A DNA stretch of 37,815 nt. Source: Promethearchaeota archaeon. Its GTDB lineage: Archaea > Asgardarchaeota > Lokiarchaeia > Sigyniarchaeales > SOKP01. Below are positions 27,727 to 37,815 of this stretch, piece after piece. Location of the stretch: NCBI GenBank assembly GCA_029838195.1, contig JALGVJ010000033.1:1-37815 (forward strand). The letters are read 5' to 3'. Under the pieces are notes generated by a model that was not told the DNA's origin, searched no databases, and saw only the letters and a program-made list of their open reading frames with translations. The first letter of the stretch is position 1, and each line of letters begins with the position of its first letter. Both the position numbers and the translations under genes were made by a program.

Positions 27727-29463
27727 TTAAAACTCTATTTCCTCGATTAATTTTGCCAATTCTTCTTCAACATCAAGATTTTTAAATTCGATGACATTCA
27801 ATTCATAGCGGTTGAGATTATTAAACTCATTAAACACGCCCCTGCCTTTAATTATCAAGTCTCGTCCCATCAATTCTTTCGAAAGATTGGTTAAAAATTC
27901 TTCCGTTTCCAGCACTTCTTGAATTTCATCGGCTCCCAGTCCGATGAGAGCTTCTGCTTGATCTCCGAAAAAAATCGTTTTTATGGTATCCGTTCCATCA
28001 TCAATGAATATTTTAACGATCATTCTCTTGGTGGGGGTTCCTTTTTGGGGGCAGGTGCAATTATCTATTTTTTTTAAACAATTCGAGCACGCTTCATAAA
28101 TGATGATGTCATTATCGCGTAATTCTTTTGCGATATATCCTTTGACTTCAAAAATGTCCGTGGAATTGATATCTTTTAATGGCGTGTACTGTCCCGAAAA
28201 AAACCCCGTTTTTAGAGCCCCCGCCCTTACGGGAGAACCCACTTTCAAGTCCTCGAATTGCACGTCAATGGTCTCCAGTTCGGAGCCATCCAAGAAAGTA
28301 AGCTCTTTTTTATTGCTAAAAGAATTGAATCGGATTAAAACATTTTTAAGGGCTACACCCATGCCCATTGTTAATCTCTCAGAAAATCTTTCTGCTTGTT
28401 CTCTCCACATTACCACGCGCACGCTGTCCGTATCGTCACTGAGTATAAAATTCAAAAGGTTCACTTCTTCTCCACTTTTTAAAGTAATGGTTTTCAAGTT
28501 ATCAATAGACGTGATCACTCCTTTTACAGAGATGATGCTTTTTATTTCTTGTATTTTTTTAATATTTTCCACGTAGTTTTTCTTGATTTCGATTGCTTTT
28601 TCTTTTACTTGGATTGTTGTTCTGCCAGTTGCGTGGAGATCTATCGTATTTGGATCTAACCTATTGATTCTAGGATTTAAAGCTGTTAAAGAGATGACGT
28701 TACCCGGTTTTAAATCTGATATTTTCATGGTATCTTCGTTCCAAAATGTTACCCTGATGGAACCAGTATCGTCTGAGACATACATGGAAGCTACCTTACC
28801 GGGAGTCCCATCATTTCGAGTAAATTCTCTAATGGGGGTGATTTGTAATATTTTTCCTTCAATAGAGATGGAGGAAAGGGATAAATGAATCTCATTAATA
28901 GGTGTAAATTGTTGGGTAATTTTTGGGTATTTTTTATAGTCAATATCCTCTGGATTTAAAAATATTCTTCCTAATCTTCCCACGTGAACTTCTGATTTCT
29001 GGTTAAGACCTTTTTTAACGTAAGCATTTATTATTTTCACAATGCTATTCAGTTTAAAATCGGGGTCTTCAAAAATTTTAACATGCTCATTCCATAATAC
29101 AATTCGAATATCCCCCGTTTCATCATGTAATATAAAGGATCCTAACGTGCCCTCCGTTCCATCTTTCCGACTAAACATGCGCGGTTCATGAACCTCTTTA
29201 ATTCTTCCAACGAGAGTTAAATTTTTCATGTTAGGGGTGACATCTGCTATATTAATTTCAAAATCATCCATGATCTCTTGGTTTTCTTCCTTCACGTCCA
29301 CACCCAATTCTTTTGCTATTATAAAAAGTGCTCCCTCATCAGAGATTAACCCTTTTAATTCTTTTATTTTTTCTTCTACCCTCTCTTGAATCTCTTTCTT
29401 TGATAAACCCGTTTTTTCAATAATTTTATTAATATACGCTTGCATTTTCATGGTAATTACCAC
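27727..29463 (-). CDS. rpa: Replication protein A large subunit (multiple OB folds plus Zn finger)
   Basis: N-terminal GLISDEGALFIIAKELGV, repeated D(E/D)T(G/D).(I/V)R...W OB units, and a CSNC...CTC Zn site in the last OB fold. Confidence 0.88.
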   Translation of the reverse strand: MVITMKMQAYINKIIEKTGLSKKEIQERVEEKIKELKGLISDEGALFIIAKELGVDVKEENQEIMDDFEINIADVTPNMKNLTLVGRIKEVHEPRMFSRKDGTEGTLGSFILHDETGDIRIVLWNEHVKIFEDPDFKLNSIVKIINAYVKKGLNQKSEVHVGRLGRIFLNPEDIDYKKYPKITQQFTPINEIHLSLSSISIEGKILQITPIREFTRNDGTPGKVASMYVSDDTGSIRVTFWNEDTMKISDLKPGNVISLTALNPRINRLDPNTIDLHATGRTTIQVKEKAIEIKKNYVENIKKIQEIKSIISVKGVITSIDNLKTITLKSGEEVNLLNFILSDDTDSVRVVMWREQAERFSERLTMGMGVALKNVLIRFNSFSNKKELTFLDGSELETIDVQFEDLKVGSPVRAGALKTGFFSGQYTPLKDINSTDIFEVKGYIAKELRDNDIIIYEACSNCLKKIDNCTCPQKGTPTKRMIVKIFIDDGTDTIKTIFFGDQAEALIGLGADEIQEVLETEEFLTNLSKELMGRDLIIKGRGVFNEFNNLNRYELNVIEFKNLDVEEELAKLIEEIEF

Positions 29464-29662
29464 TTAAAATGATTCTACCTTGTTATCAAATTGCAAGTAG
29501 AAACCAGTTTTAATAAAATCATTTATTTAAGGATTAATTTTTTTTTTTTAAATTTTAAATCATATGACTTACTATTTTTTCTAATTAATTTTAATTAAAC
29601 CCAACTTATTTTATTTCTTGAATGTTTAGCATGAAAGAAGAGATTTTGTGAGGCATTAAAAA

Positions 29663-30421
29663 ATGACAAGGCAAGAGGAAATGGGATTCAAAATAATTCC
29701 CGTCATAGATATCCTCAATTCAACTTGCGTTCATGCAAAAAAAGGGGAAAGAGCTAAATACAAACCTTTAAAAAATGTCTATTTTAATACAGTTAATCCT
29801 CATGAGTTGATCAAAAAACTTCATGAGAATTTTGGCTTTTCCCATTTTTATATCGCAGATTTAGATTCAATTTTAAATAACAATTTAAATAAGGCGTTGC
29901 TTTCTCAAATAACTGCCCTTTCGGGAATTCAAGTAATGTTAGATCCCGGAATAAGACGCGAAGAGGACTTATATCCGGTTTCCGAAATCAACCCGCATGA
30001 ACTCATTTTGGGATTAGAAACTATGGAAGATATGAGCGTGATTGAAAAAAGTATTGATTTGTTGGGCCGTAATAATGTCTTGGTAAGCATTGACATGTAT
30101 GACGGAACTATATTATCTCCCATTAAGGACTTTCAACATTCCTCAATTATCGAAGTGATTACGATTATAAAAAACCAAGGGATAAAAAAGATAATCTTGT
30201 TGGATTTACGGAGAGTAGGGCAAAAAAAAGGCTCACTTTCTCCAGTTCATGAAAAAATTCGAGAAGAATTTAAAGGTATCATTTATATTGGAGGTGGAAT
30301 TAGAAATCTTAAAGAAATCCTTCAAATTCGAAATAAGGGCTTCTCAGGCGTATTAATCGCCACATCGCTATATGACGGCTCAATAAGCATAAAAGATGTG
30401 AAAAAAAATAATTTATTATGA
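29663..30421 (+). CDS. HisA/HisF-related TIM-barrel protein (C1-cofactor-biosynthesis-associated type)
   Basis: IIPVIDI...VHA..G.R..Y.P, YIADLDSI, LLDLRRVG, GGGIR; lies near mfnB. Confidence 0.8.
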   Translation: MTRQEEMGFKIIPVIDILNSTCVHAKKGERAKYKPLKNVYFNTVNPHELIKKLHENFGFSHFYIADLDSILNNNLNKALLSQITALSGIQVMLDPGIRREEDLYPVSEINPHELILGLETMEDMSVIEKSIDLLGRNNVLVSIDMYDGTILSPIKDFQHSSIIEVITIIKNQGIKKIILLDLRRVGQKKGSLSPVHEKIREEFKGIIYIGGGIRNLKEILQIRNKGFSGVLIATSLYDGSISIKDVKKNNLL

Positions 30422-30422
30422 A

Positions 30423-30950
30423 TCATCCGGAAATAATTTCTCCACTATCCGTGATTTTTAGCGGTTGTTCGCAGGAAGGACAAACATGTTTCATTTTTAC
30501 CCATTCTAGCAAGTGATCCTTGTGAGCTTTCGTATTGCAAATGGGACATGAGGCAGTTTCATCAAAAATTTCAATATTTTTTCCACAGACGTTGCAATTT
30601 ACCTTGCCTTCTGTTAGCACGTTGACAATTCGTCTTTTCATGTCTAATAATACTTGTTTCGTGTTTTCTTCATTAGGATTTATTAATTTTAATTCAGATC
30701 CAGATTCCACGCAGAAAATGGTTCCTTGCGATGAGGTTTTATTATCACCAATCCATGTAATGGTACCTCTAAAAAACACACCACTTTGCTTTTGTAATGC
30801 GATTTTAAGATCTCTTTCCTCTAGAACAAATGTTTCTATAACTTTCGTATGTTTAAGTCCGATACTCTCTGCAATCTTATTCACGACTTCTGTGGGACCC
30901 TTAAATACTTCGTTTGTCAAATCCAAACTAGTAACTTGTTTAGGGGACAT
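30423..30950 (-). CDS. Protein with C-terminal RING-like zinc finger
   Basis: CNVC-x12-CPIC-x4-H-x2-H-LLEW-x6-CPSC. Confidence 0.8.
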   Translation of the reverse strand: MSPKQVTSLDLTNEVFKGPTEVVNKIAESIGLKHTKVIETFVLEERDLKIALQKQSGVFFRGTITWIGDNKTSSQGTIFCVESGSELKLINPNEENTKQVLLDMKRRIVNVLTEGKVNCNVCGKNIEIFDETASCPICNTKAHKDHLLEWVKMKHVCPSCEQPLKITDSGEIISG

Positions 30951-31267
30951 TTATTGTTCAAATCTTTTTTTCATGTTTATAATAATTTAATACAAGAATT
31001 CCATATTTATATTTAATTGAAATTTAAGATCTAAAAACATGAGACTTTCTATGGAATCTTCAATCGATTCGCAACATGAAAGGTATTATTATCAGAATTT
31101 TATTCCTATATTTGAAATAGATTATTTTGGCAACCTTGCCTTTTGATGGAAAATCTAATTAAGATAAAGTATTATTTTACTAAGGAGTATTATATTTAAA
31201 TGGAATAAAATATCTTTTTTATATTAACGCACATTCAATAATTATAAAAAGTTCTAAACAAATAATC

Positions 31268-31999
31268 ATGGAGAGAGAAATTAAACTATTAATTAGTCCC
31301 AATACAATTGAAGAAGCTATCACGGTAATTCGTTCCAATGTGAATTATATTGATTGTAAAAATCCTAATGAAGGATCTCTTGGGGCTAACTTTCCCTGGA
31401 TCATAAGCGAAATGAAGAAGCTAATCCCTCCTAATAGCTCGCAACTATTAAGTGCAACTATCGGAGATTTTCCTTATCTTCCGGGAAGCGCATCATTAGC
31501 AGCATTAGGGGCTGCAGTATCGGGAGCTGATATCATTAAAGTAGGTCTAAAAGGTCCCAAAAATGAAAAAGAAGGGATTGATTTGATGGAGAAAGTCGTT
31601 AAAACCATTAAGGAGTACAATCCTGAGATTTTGGTCGTAGCGGCGGGGTATGCTGATCAAAAAAGAATTAATACGTCCCCTCATTTTTTAGATATCCCTA
31701 TAATTGCCTCTAAAGCTGGCTGTGATATTGCAATGCTCGATACTTATATAAAAGATGGAACTTGCTTGTTTGATTTTTTGAATGAAAAAAAATTAATCAC
31801 TTTTGTGAATAAAGCACGGAAATTAAATTTACAAGTAGCATTAGCCGGAAATTTAAGGAAAAATCACTTGGACAAGATAAAATCTATAGAACCCGATATA
31901 ATCGGGATTCGAACCGCGGTATGTGAAGGATATGATCGTAATAGAGGACAAATTAAGTCAGAACTCATTGAAGAATTTAAAAATGAATTATACAAATAA
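31268..31999 (+). CDS. mfnB: (5-formylfuran-3-yl)methyl phosphate synthase (methanofuran biosynthesis)
   Basis: LLISP..EEA, IDCKNPNEGSLGANFPW, SATIGD, IKVGL, MLDT..KDG, ALAG. Confidence 0.92.
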   Translation: MEREIKLLISPNTIEEAITVIRSNVNYIDCKNPNEGSLGANFPWIISEMKKLIPPNSSQLLSATIGDFPYLPGSASLAALGAAVSGADIIKVGLKGPKNEKEGIDLMEKVVKTIKEYNPEILVVAAGYADQKRINTSPHFLDIPIIASKAGCDIAMLDTYIKDGTCLFDFLNEKKLITFVNKARKLNLQVALAGNLRKNHLDKIKSIEPDIIGIRTAVCEGYDRNRGQIKSELIEEFKNELYK

Positions 32000-32026
32000 A
32001 GGTAACTCATTTTAAAGGGAAATCTC

Positions 32027-32533
32027 ATGACTTCGAGTATAGAAATTAAAGAATCTAAAAAAAAAGATCTTCTTGATTTTTTATTATTTGCCGGTGAATT
32101 TAAAAGTTTTATTGAAAACCTCATTAATTCCATTCCGATTGAGAGACTATTTATTTTATCTGCTTACTGTAACAATTCTATTGCAGGAATACTAATTTCA
32201 GAAGATAAAAGTCAAAATATCGACTCTTTGGAAACCCTTATTCCCACGGCACGTTTGCATCTCATCCAAGTGAATCAACTTTATCAAAATAAGGGATTGG
32301 GCACGACATTATTAAAAGAATACTTAAAAAAACAACAATTTCGAGGTATTGCAACCATTAATATAAAAATCCCTAGAAATTACAAAAAAGGGAAGGAGTT
32401 TCTCTTAAATAATGGATTCCGTCAAAAATCTCGAGATAATGCTTTCATCCTTTTTAAATATAATCTCTGGAACGATTTTGGCATTCGAGATTCTGTTCTT
32501 ATTGGAGAACCGTCTCACTATTTTTTGGATTAA
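32027..32533 (+). CDS. GNAT-family acetyltransferase
   Basis: IQVNQLYQNKGLGTTLL motif A; FLLNNGF. Confidence 0.8.
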   Translation: MTSSIEIKESKKKDLLDFLLFAGEFKSFIENLINSIPIERLFILSAYCNNSIAGILISEDKSQNIDSLETLIPTARLHLIQVNQLYQNKGLGTTLLKEYLKKQQFRGIATINIKIPRNYKKGKEFLLNNGFRQKSRDNAFILFKYNLWNDFGIRDSVLIGEPSHYFLD

Positions 32534-32680
32534 CCATTGCATTTCCCTCCTTTCTTGCATGTTATCTTAAACTTTTAATTATATTGAATATTGTTTATTT
32601 TATCATTCTGTAAAGGGATTTTTAGTTTCCTCAAACACGATAATAAAAATAACTTAGCAAGATATGAAGGAGGAAAAAAA

Positions 32681-33490
32681 TTGAGTGAACATGATAAAGA
32701 AATAGGAATTATTGGCGTGGGTAAAATCGGATCTGTTCTCTTAAAAGCAATATTAGAAATTACGCCTAAAGAAAAAGTCATAATTCATGATATTAATAAA
32801 GAATTATTAAAAGAACGTGTTGAGCATTATAATGTAGAAGCGGCTAAAAATAACGTTGAATTAGTCCAAAGATCACGGTATATCCTCTTGGCGGTGATTC
32901 CTCAAGTAATTGATAATGTTCTTGAAGAAATTGGGCACCTTGTCCAACCAGATCAAACCGTGATTTCAATTGCAGCTGGTGTCCCTCTTTCTCATATTCA
33001 TGAATATGTTGACGAGCGAGTTGCATTAATACGAGCTATGCCAAATACCCCTGCGTTGGTTAAAGCGGGTGCCACGGCCATTGCTAAAAATAAAAATGTG
33101 TCTCCAGAAAAGCTCGCTTATGTAAAGAAAATTTTTACAACTGTAGGTCTCGTAGTAGAATTAAATGAATCCCACTTGGATGCTGTAACGGGTTTATCGG
33201 GAAGTGGTCCGGCTTATGTATTTATCATCATAGAATCTTTAGCAGATGGAGGCGTGAAAATGGGGCTTCCTCGCGATGTTGCTTTAAAGTTAGCCGCTCA
33301 AACCGTAATGGGGGCTGCGAAAATGGTATTAGAAACTAAAAAACATCCTGGAGAATTGAAAGATATGGTTGCAACGCCTGCGGGAACTACTATTACTGCT
33401 ATTCATGAATTAGAATCTTCGAAAATTAGAGCCACTTTAATAAGAGCCGTTGAAGCGGCGACATTACGCTCTAAATCATTGAAAAAATAA
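32681..33490 (+). CDS. proC: Pyrroline-5-carboxylate reductase
   Basis: IGIIGVGKIG, SIAAGV, RAMPNTP, TGLSGSGPAY, TPAGTT. TTG start at 32681 follows a GGAGGA RBS (ORF track begins at 32591). Confidence 0.95.
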   Translation: MSEHDKEIGIIGVGKIGSVLLKAILEITPKEKVIIHDINKELLKERVEHYNVEAAKNNVELVQRSRYILLAVIPQVIDNVLEEIGHLVQPDQTVISIAAGVPLSHIHEYVDERVALIRAMPNTPALVKAGATAIAKNKNVSPEKLAYVKKIFTTVGLVVELNESHLDAVTGLSGSGPAYVFIIIESLADGGVKMGLPRDVALKLAAQTVMGAAKMVLETKKHPGELKDMVATPAGTTITAIHELESSKIRATLIRAVEAATLRSKSLKK

Positions 33491-33496
33491 CTCTAA

Positions 33497-34471
33497 TTAA
33501 TTATAATTAATATCAATATTTATTATTTTAATCCCCTCTTCATAAATTTTTAGTACATGAATTTCATCCGGATTTAAATACGATTTGAAGGTATTAATTA
33601 CAGAATTTTTATCATCTTCATGACAAATAGCATACACGGAGCGCCCTAATTGATTCATGCTAGCGCCCATGATATCTAATTCATTTAATTCCTCCATCAA
33701 AGCTTTTGTTTCACTCAAATTCAAGTGTTCTAAAATATGAGTATTTTTTACAAATTCGATCGAGCATTCTATAAACGTTTTAATGGTTGGAGATTGCAAT
33801 AGTTTTTTTAATGCCAATTGACCCGCTTTTTTGATTCTCTTGCTTAATTGAGGATCAGAAAGAATGGATTTGGTGGCAATTTTTCCAAAAGTTCCGCAAA
33901 TCACGTTTATATTGTTCGGGACTTTTATGGTTTCAAATACGCAGGGATATCCCGGTTCTTTAAGAATGCTTAATCCTCTAGCAATCATGCCACAAACCGT
34001 TCCTAATCCCGTTTTGTTAACGACTTCCGCCACGTGAGCGATTTGTCCGCATTCAAAATGAGTTAAATTTAATTTTAAGAGTTCATTTAATCCGTGTACG
34101 GAGCCTAAAGCACCAGAACCACTCGCACCATATCCGCAACCTACGGGTAAATCAAATTCATGGAAAATCTTTATATTAACCGGAAAGAGCATCCGTTCTT
34201 TTAGATGATTAAAAATAAAAAATGTTGTTTCAGCGTTTTCATTTATTAAATTATTATTAATATAAATCTCACACGTCGTCTCTTCCTCTCTACTGAGCTC
34301 TTCGACCTCTATCCTTGTTCTTCCGACAGCATTTAAATTAAATCCCGCCCCCCTGGATCCTAATTTAATAGGGTCCGTGATTTTTGTTCCGTTTTCATGT
34401 ACATCCACGATTTCAAAGAAACCAGATATTCTATGAGGGACTTCAACAATTATCTCCTTCATTATCCCCAT
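33497..34471 (-). CDS. pok: Pantoate kinase (GHMP kinase family)
   Basis: VPHRISGFF, GSRGAG, LPVGCGYGASG, AHVAEV..KTGLGTV, SMNQLG. Confidence 0.85.
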   Translation of the reverse strand: MGIMKEIIVEVPHRISGFFEIVDVHENGTKITDPIKLGSRGAGFNLNAVGRTRIEVEELSREEETTCEIYINNNLINENAETTFFIFNHLKERMLFPVNIKIFHEFDLPVGCGYGASGSGALGSVHGLNELLKLNLTHFECGQIAHVAEVVNKTGLGTVCGMIARGLSILKEPGYPCVFETIKVPNNINVICGTFGKIATKSILSDPQLSKRIKKAGQLALKKLLQSPTIKTFIECSIEFVKNTHILEHLNLSETKALMEELNELDIMGASMNQLGRSVYAICHEDDKNSVINTFKSYLNPDEIHVLKIYEEGIKIINIDINYN

Positions 34472-34556
34472 GAACCTTTCATTTTAATCATATACTTTAA
34501 TAAATGAAAAATGAAATAAATAATATATAAAACATCAAAAAATTCAAACACTTATC

Positions 34557-35270
34557 ATGGAAAAGAATCGAAAAATTGTTATTAAATTAGGAGGATCCCT
34601 CTTATTCTCCCAAAATGAAGAAATTAACGTAGAAAAATTAAATGAATTTTGCAATATCGTGAAAAAGGATAAAAATTTCAAAAAAATTATCATTGTTTGT
34701 GGAGGAGGACGAATCGCAAGAAAATACATAACGGTTATGAGAAAATTCACGAAAAATGAAGCCGCATGTGATATAGTAGGAATTGAATTATCTCGCATTA
34801 ATTCTCGCCTTCTCATTTCCTTCTTAGGTGATATCGCCTATCCCATAGTACCAACACTCATGGATGAGGTCGCACTTGCAGCTTTAACAAATAAAATCAT
34901 CGTGATGGGGGGCTTGCAGCCCGGCCAATCCACTACCAGCGTGGCAGTAGAGGTGGCTGAATTCTTGAACGTTAAGGATTTGATTATTTTAACAGATGTT
35001 CAAGGAATTTACGAAAAAGATCCCAAGAAATTTCCCAATGCGAAATTATTTAAAAAAATAACTCCTGAAGAGTTATCTAGCATCATATTTCAAGAGACGG
35101 GCACTCAGCAAGCTGCTGCAGGAGAATATAGAATTTTTGATGCTGTTTCCTTCCAATTAATAAAAAGAAGTCATATCAGAGTCATTATAATGTCAGGACA
35201 AGACCTCTCGAATTTTAAAAAGTTTTGGAAGGGAGAAAAAGAATTCATTGGTACCATCATTGAACCGTGA
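34557..35270 (+). CDS. pyrH: Uridylate kinase
   Basis: VIKLGGS, VCGGGRIARKY, MGGLQPGQST, TDVQGIYEKDP. Confidence 0.95.
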   Translation: MEKNRKIVIKLGGSLLFSQNEEINVEKLNEFCNIVKKDKNFKKIIIVCGGGRIARKYITVMRKFTKNEAACDIVGIELSRINSRLLISFLGDIAYPIVPTLMDEVALAALTNKIIVMGGLQPGQSTTSVAVEVAEFLNVKDLIILTDVQGIYEKDPKKFPNAKLFKKITPEELSSIIFQETGTQQAAAGEYRIFDAVSFQLIKRSHIRVIIMSGQDLSNFKKFWKGEKEFIGTIIEP

Positions 35271-35404
35271 TCTCGATGTCTAACGTGTATTCCTTTCTTA
35301 CCCCTATCATTTCTTCAAGAACCCCTCTTTTATTAAAAACCTTAAATTATAATGAACATTTTCTTTCTTAATTTAATTGTTCTTACCCCATCTCTTAAAA
35401 GGTA

Positions 35405-37600
35405 ATGTCCTTGAAACTAATAGAAAAAAGTTATGACACTCAAGAAATTGAACGAGGATACGCCAACCGCACCCTCTATATCAATCTAACAACCAAAAAA
35501 ATCGCTCTCAAACCAGTAACCAATGAAATGAAAGAAAAATTTGTCGGAGGGAGAGGATTTAATCTCTGGTTAATGTGGAATGCCCTGCCTAAACATAAAA
35601 TCGTCCGGTGGAATGATCCCGAAAATGAAATATGTATAGGAAATGGCCCATTAGGAGCAAGTACCTTTTACCCTGGAGCAGGAAAATCCGTTGTCACATC
35701 GATATCTCCCCTCACGGGGCTCATCATCGATTCCAATGTCGGAGGGTATTTTGGCTCCCACTTGAAATTCTCTGGATTTGATGCCTTAGAAATCCAAGGA
35801 AAATCCAATAAAGAAGTCATCATATTCATTAATGGAGAAGAAAATTCCATTTCCATCGAGGCAGCACCAAGCACGCTGCCTAGATATTCCCACTTATTAA
35901 CTCAAGAACTCACAGAAAAATATGCCAAGGATTCTAGTGAAAGTGCTAAACAACACGTTTCGGTCGTTTCAACGGGTCCCGCAGCAAAATATTCAAAATG
36001 GGGTATGCTGAATTTTTCTTGGTATAATCGGAAGAGGAAATGGGCCTCTTGTAAGCAAGCTGGTCGAGGAGGCACTGGAACCGTGTTTGCTGATAAAAAC
36101 ATTAAAGCTATCATTTGTAGATCTCCAAAAATGGATTCCCGCAAGTTAAATCCCGCAGATCTCGAAACTCTTATGAAAATAGGACACCAACATCAAAAAG
36201 AGATTGTCCGCTTGGACCCCGGCCAAAATCAAATGCGCTTTGTGGGAACTGGATATTTGCCCGATATAATGAATCTTATGGATTTATTACCCACTGAAAA
36301 TTTCCGATTTGGCCATCATCCCGAAATTGATGATAAAAACATTCCATTTAATAGACAAACTTGGGCGAAGCTTTTTGGAGTAAACTCGGGTCAAGGAGCA
36401 GATGGATGTTGGTTAGGGTGTACTCTTAGTTGTTCTCATTTCGTAAAAGAATACCGCGTGAAAACTGGTCCTTTTAAGGGACAAAAAGTGGTCGTGGATG
36501 GGCCAGAATATGAAACCATAGCTGGGTGCGGCTCTAATTGGGGGGTTTGGGATCCTGAATGGGTGCTTGAAGTAAATTTTTACTGCGATACCTATGGATT
36601 GGACACCATTAGTGTTGGAACGGGAATTGCATTCGTCATGGAATGCTATGAAACAGGAATCTTGAACAAGGAAATTACGGGAGGCTTAGAATTAAAGTTT
36701 GGAAATGCCAAAGCTGCTTTAGAATTGCTCCATCAAATAGCACGGGGAGAAGGATTCGGAATGATTGTAGGACAAGGTATTCGAGAAATGAAACGGATTT
36801 TTGCGGCTCAATATGGGGCATCTCCCCAATTCCTCCAAGATATTGGAATGGAGCATAAAGGATTAGAGTTCTCTGAATATGTGACTAAAGAAAGCCTTTC
36901 TCAACAAGGAGGATATGGTCTTACCAATAAGGGCCCGCAACACGACGAAGCTTGGCTCATTTTTGAAGATATCGTGAGGAATTCCATCCCCTCTTTCGAA
37001 GATAAAGCAGCTGCTCTAACGTGGATGCCTTACTGGAGAACATTCTTTTCATTAGCTGGCTTGTGCAAACTTCCCTGGAATGATGTCATTGATCCCAAAA
37101 ATTTTGATGTACCAATACGCGACCCTAATACGGGTGAACTACTCCAAGCTAAAATACTTTACCACGTGGAATGGTATGCTAAATATTTTGAAGCCATGAC
37201 CGGTAAAAAAACAAGCATCGACGATTTAATTTGCATGTCTGAAAGAGTCTATACTTTTCAAAGAATTTTTAACATCCGTCAAGGCGGAGGTCTAAAAGAA
37301 CATGACTCCAATCTTCCCTATCGCGCAATGGGGCCCGTTACAATCCTCGAATATGAAAGCCGGGCAGAAAGATACGATTCCCAATTAAAAGAACACCTCG
37401 GTATTGTTCCTTCCCGCTTACCTACGGAAGAAAAGATAAAACTCCTACGAAAATATAGAGAAACTCAATATGAAAAACTCCAAGAGGCCGTCTATAAAAA
37501 ACGCCGCTGGTCTCCCCGTGGGTGCCCTACTATTGAATTGGTGAAAGAACTCGGAATTAATCACGAAGATATCATCGAATTAATTAAACCTTTTCAATGA
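35405..37600 (+). CDS. aor: Tungsten-dependent aldehyde:ferredoxin oxidoreductase family protein
   Basis: SPLTG...DSNVGG, GFDALEI, QAGRGGTG, CWLGCTLSC, GPEYET, CDTYGLDTIS, GLCKLPW. Confidence 0.93.
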   Translation: MSLKLIEKSYDTQEIERGYANRTLYINLTTKKIALKPVTNEMKEKFVGGRGFNLWLMWNALPKHKIVRWNDPENEICIGNGPLGASTFYPGAGKSVVTSISPLTGLIIDSNVGGYFGSHLKFSGFDALEIQGKSNKEVIIFINGEENSISIEAAPSTLPRYSHLLTQELTEKYAKDSSESAKQHVSVVSTGPAAKYSKWGMLNFSWYNRKRKWASCKQAGRGGTGTVFADKNIKAIICRSPKMDSRKLNPADLETLMKIGHQHQKEIVRLDPGQNQMRFVGTGYLPDIMNLMDLLPTENFRFGHHPEIDDKNIPFNRQTWAKLFGVNSGQGADGCWLGCTLSCSHFVKEYRVKTGPFKGQKVVVDGPEYETIAGCGSNWGVWDPEWVLEVNFYCDTYGLDTISVGTGIAFVMECYETGILNKEITGGLELKFGNAKAALELLHQIARGEGFGMIVGQGIREMKRIFAAQYGASPQFLQDIGMEHKGLEFSEYVTKESLSQQGGYGLTNKGPQHDEAWLIFEDIVRNSIPSFEDKAAALTWMPYWRTFFSLAGLCKLPWNDVIDPKNFDVPIRDPNTGELLQAKILYHVEWYAKYFEAMTGKKTSIDDLICMSERVYTFQRIFNIRQGGGLKEHDSNLPYRAMGPVTILEYESRAERYDSQLKEHLGIVPSRLPTEEKIKLLRKYRETQYEKLQEAVYKKRRWSPRGCPTIELVKELGINHEDIIELIKPFQ

Positions 37601-37815
37601 AATTAAATTAATCCCGTTCCTTCTATTTAAGGTGTAATTTTTCTCCCTAAAATTCTTTCAAAAAAGGCTAAAGAAAAAAAACCATGAAATTTCTTTTTTT
37701 TGGGATATTAAAAATAATTTAAACATATTCACTTTTTTTTTTGCTTATTTTCTCCTTTTTCAACCCCTTCTTACCAATTCTTTACATCTATCGAAATCCA
37801 GAGTAATCTCAGAAT

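Noticed and set aside
1-37815. CRISPR arrays, transposases, integrases, rRNA
   Set aside because: No regularly spaced repeats or recognisable motifs were seen.

Overview
AT-rich archaeal chromosomal window, most consistent with an Asgard archaeon (Lokiarchaeia-like). This is inferred from the thermosome, Tsr3, eukaryote-like RPA, tandem roadblock protein, RING protein, SNAP/TPR-like protein, CdhE, MfnB and GGTGA-type RBSs. The first ~8.3 kb is a partly decaying thiol/oxygen-stress redox island. It holds an FTR catalytic subunit, two glutaredoxins, an iron-sulfur flavoprotein, an NADH:rubredoxin oxidoreductase and two rubredoxins missing from the ORF track, plus remnants of trxB, a CCG-domain Fe-S protein and fprA. 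The rest is mostly housekeeping and metabolic genes with a cluster of three tRNAs (Leu-TAG, Glu-TTC with two BHB introns, Asn-GTT). The top observation is a 30-nt stop-containing insertion (8060-8089) in the fprA-derived coding sequence. It folds as a relaxed bulge-helix-bulge (BHB) element resembling the two tRNA-Glu introns in this window, and canonical BHB cleavage restores the FprA motif WEVRNFHGY exactly. It is therefore a candidate tRNA-endonuclease-type intron in a protein-coding gene. All calls come from reading the sequence; no searches were run.
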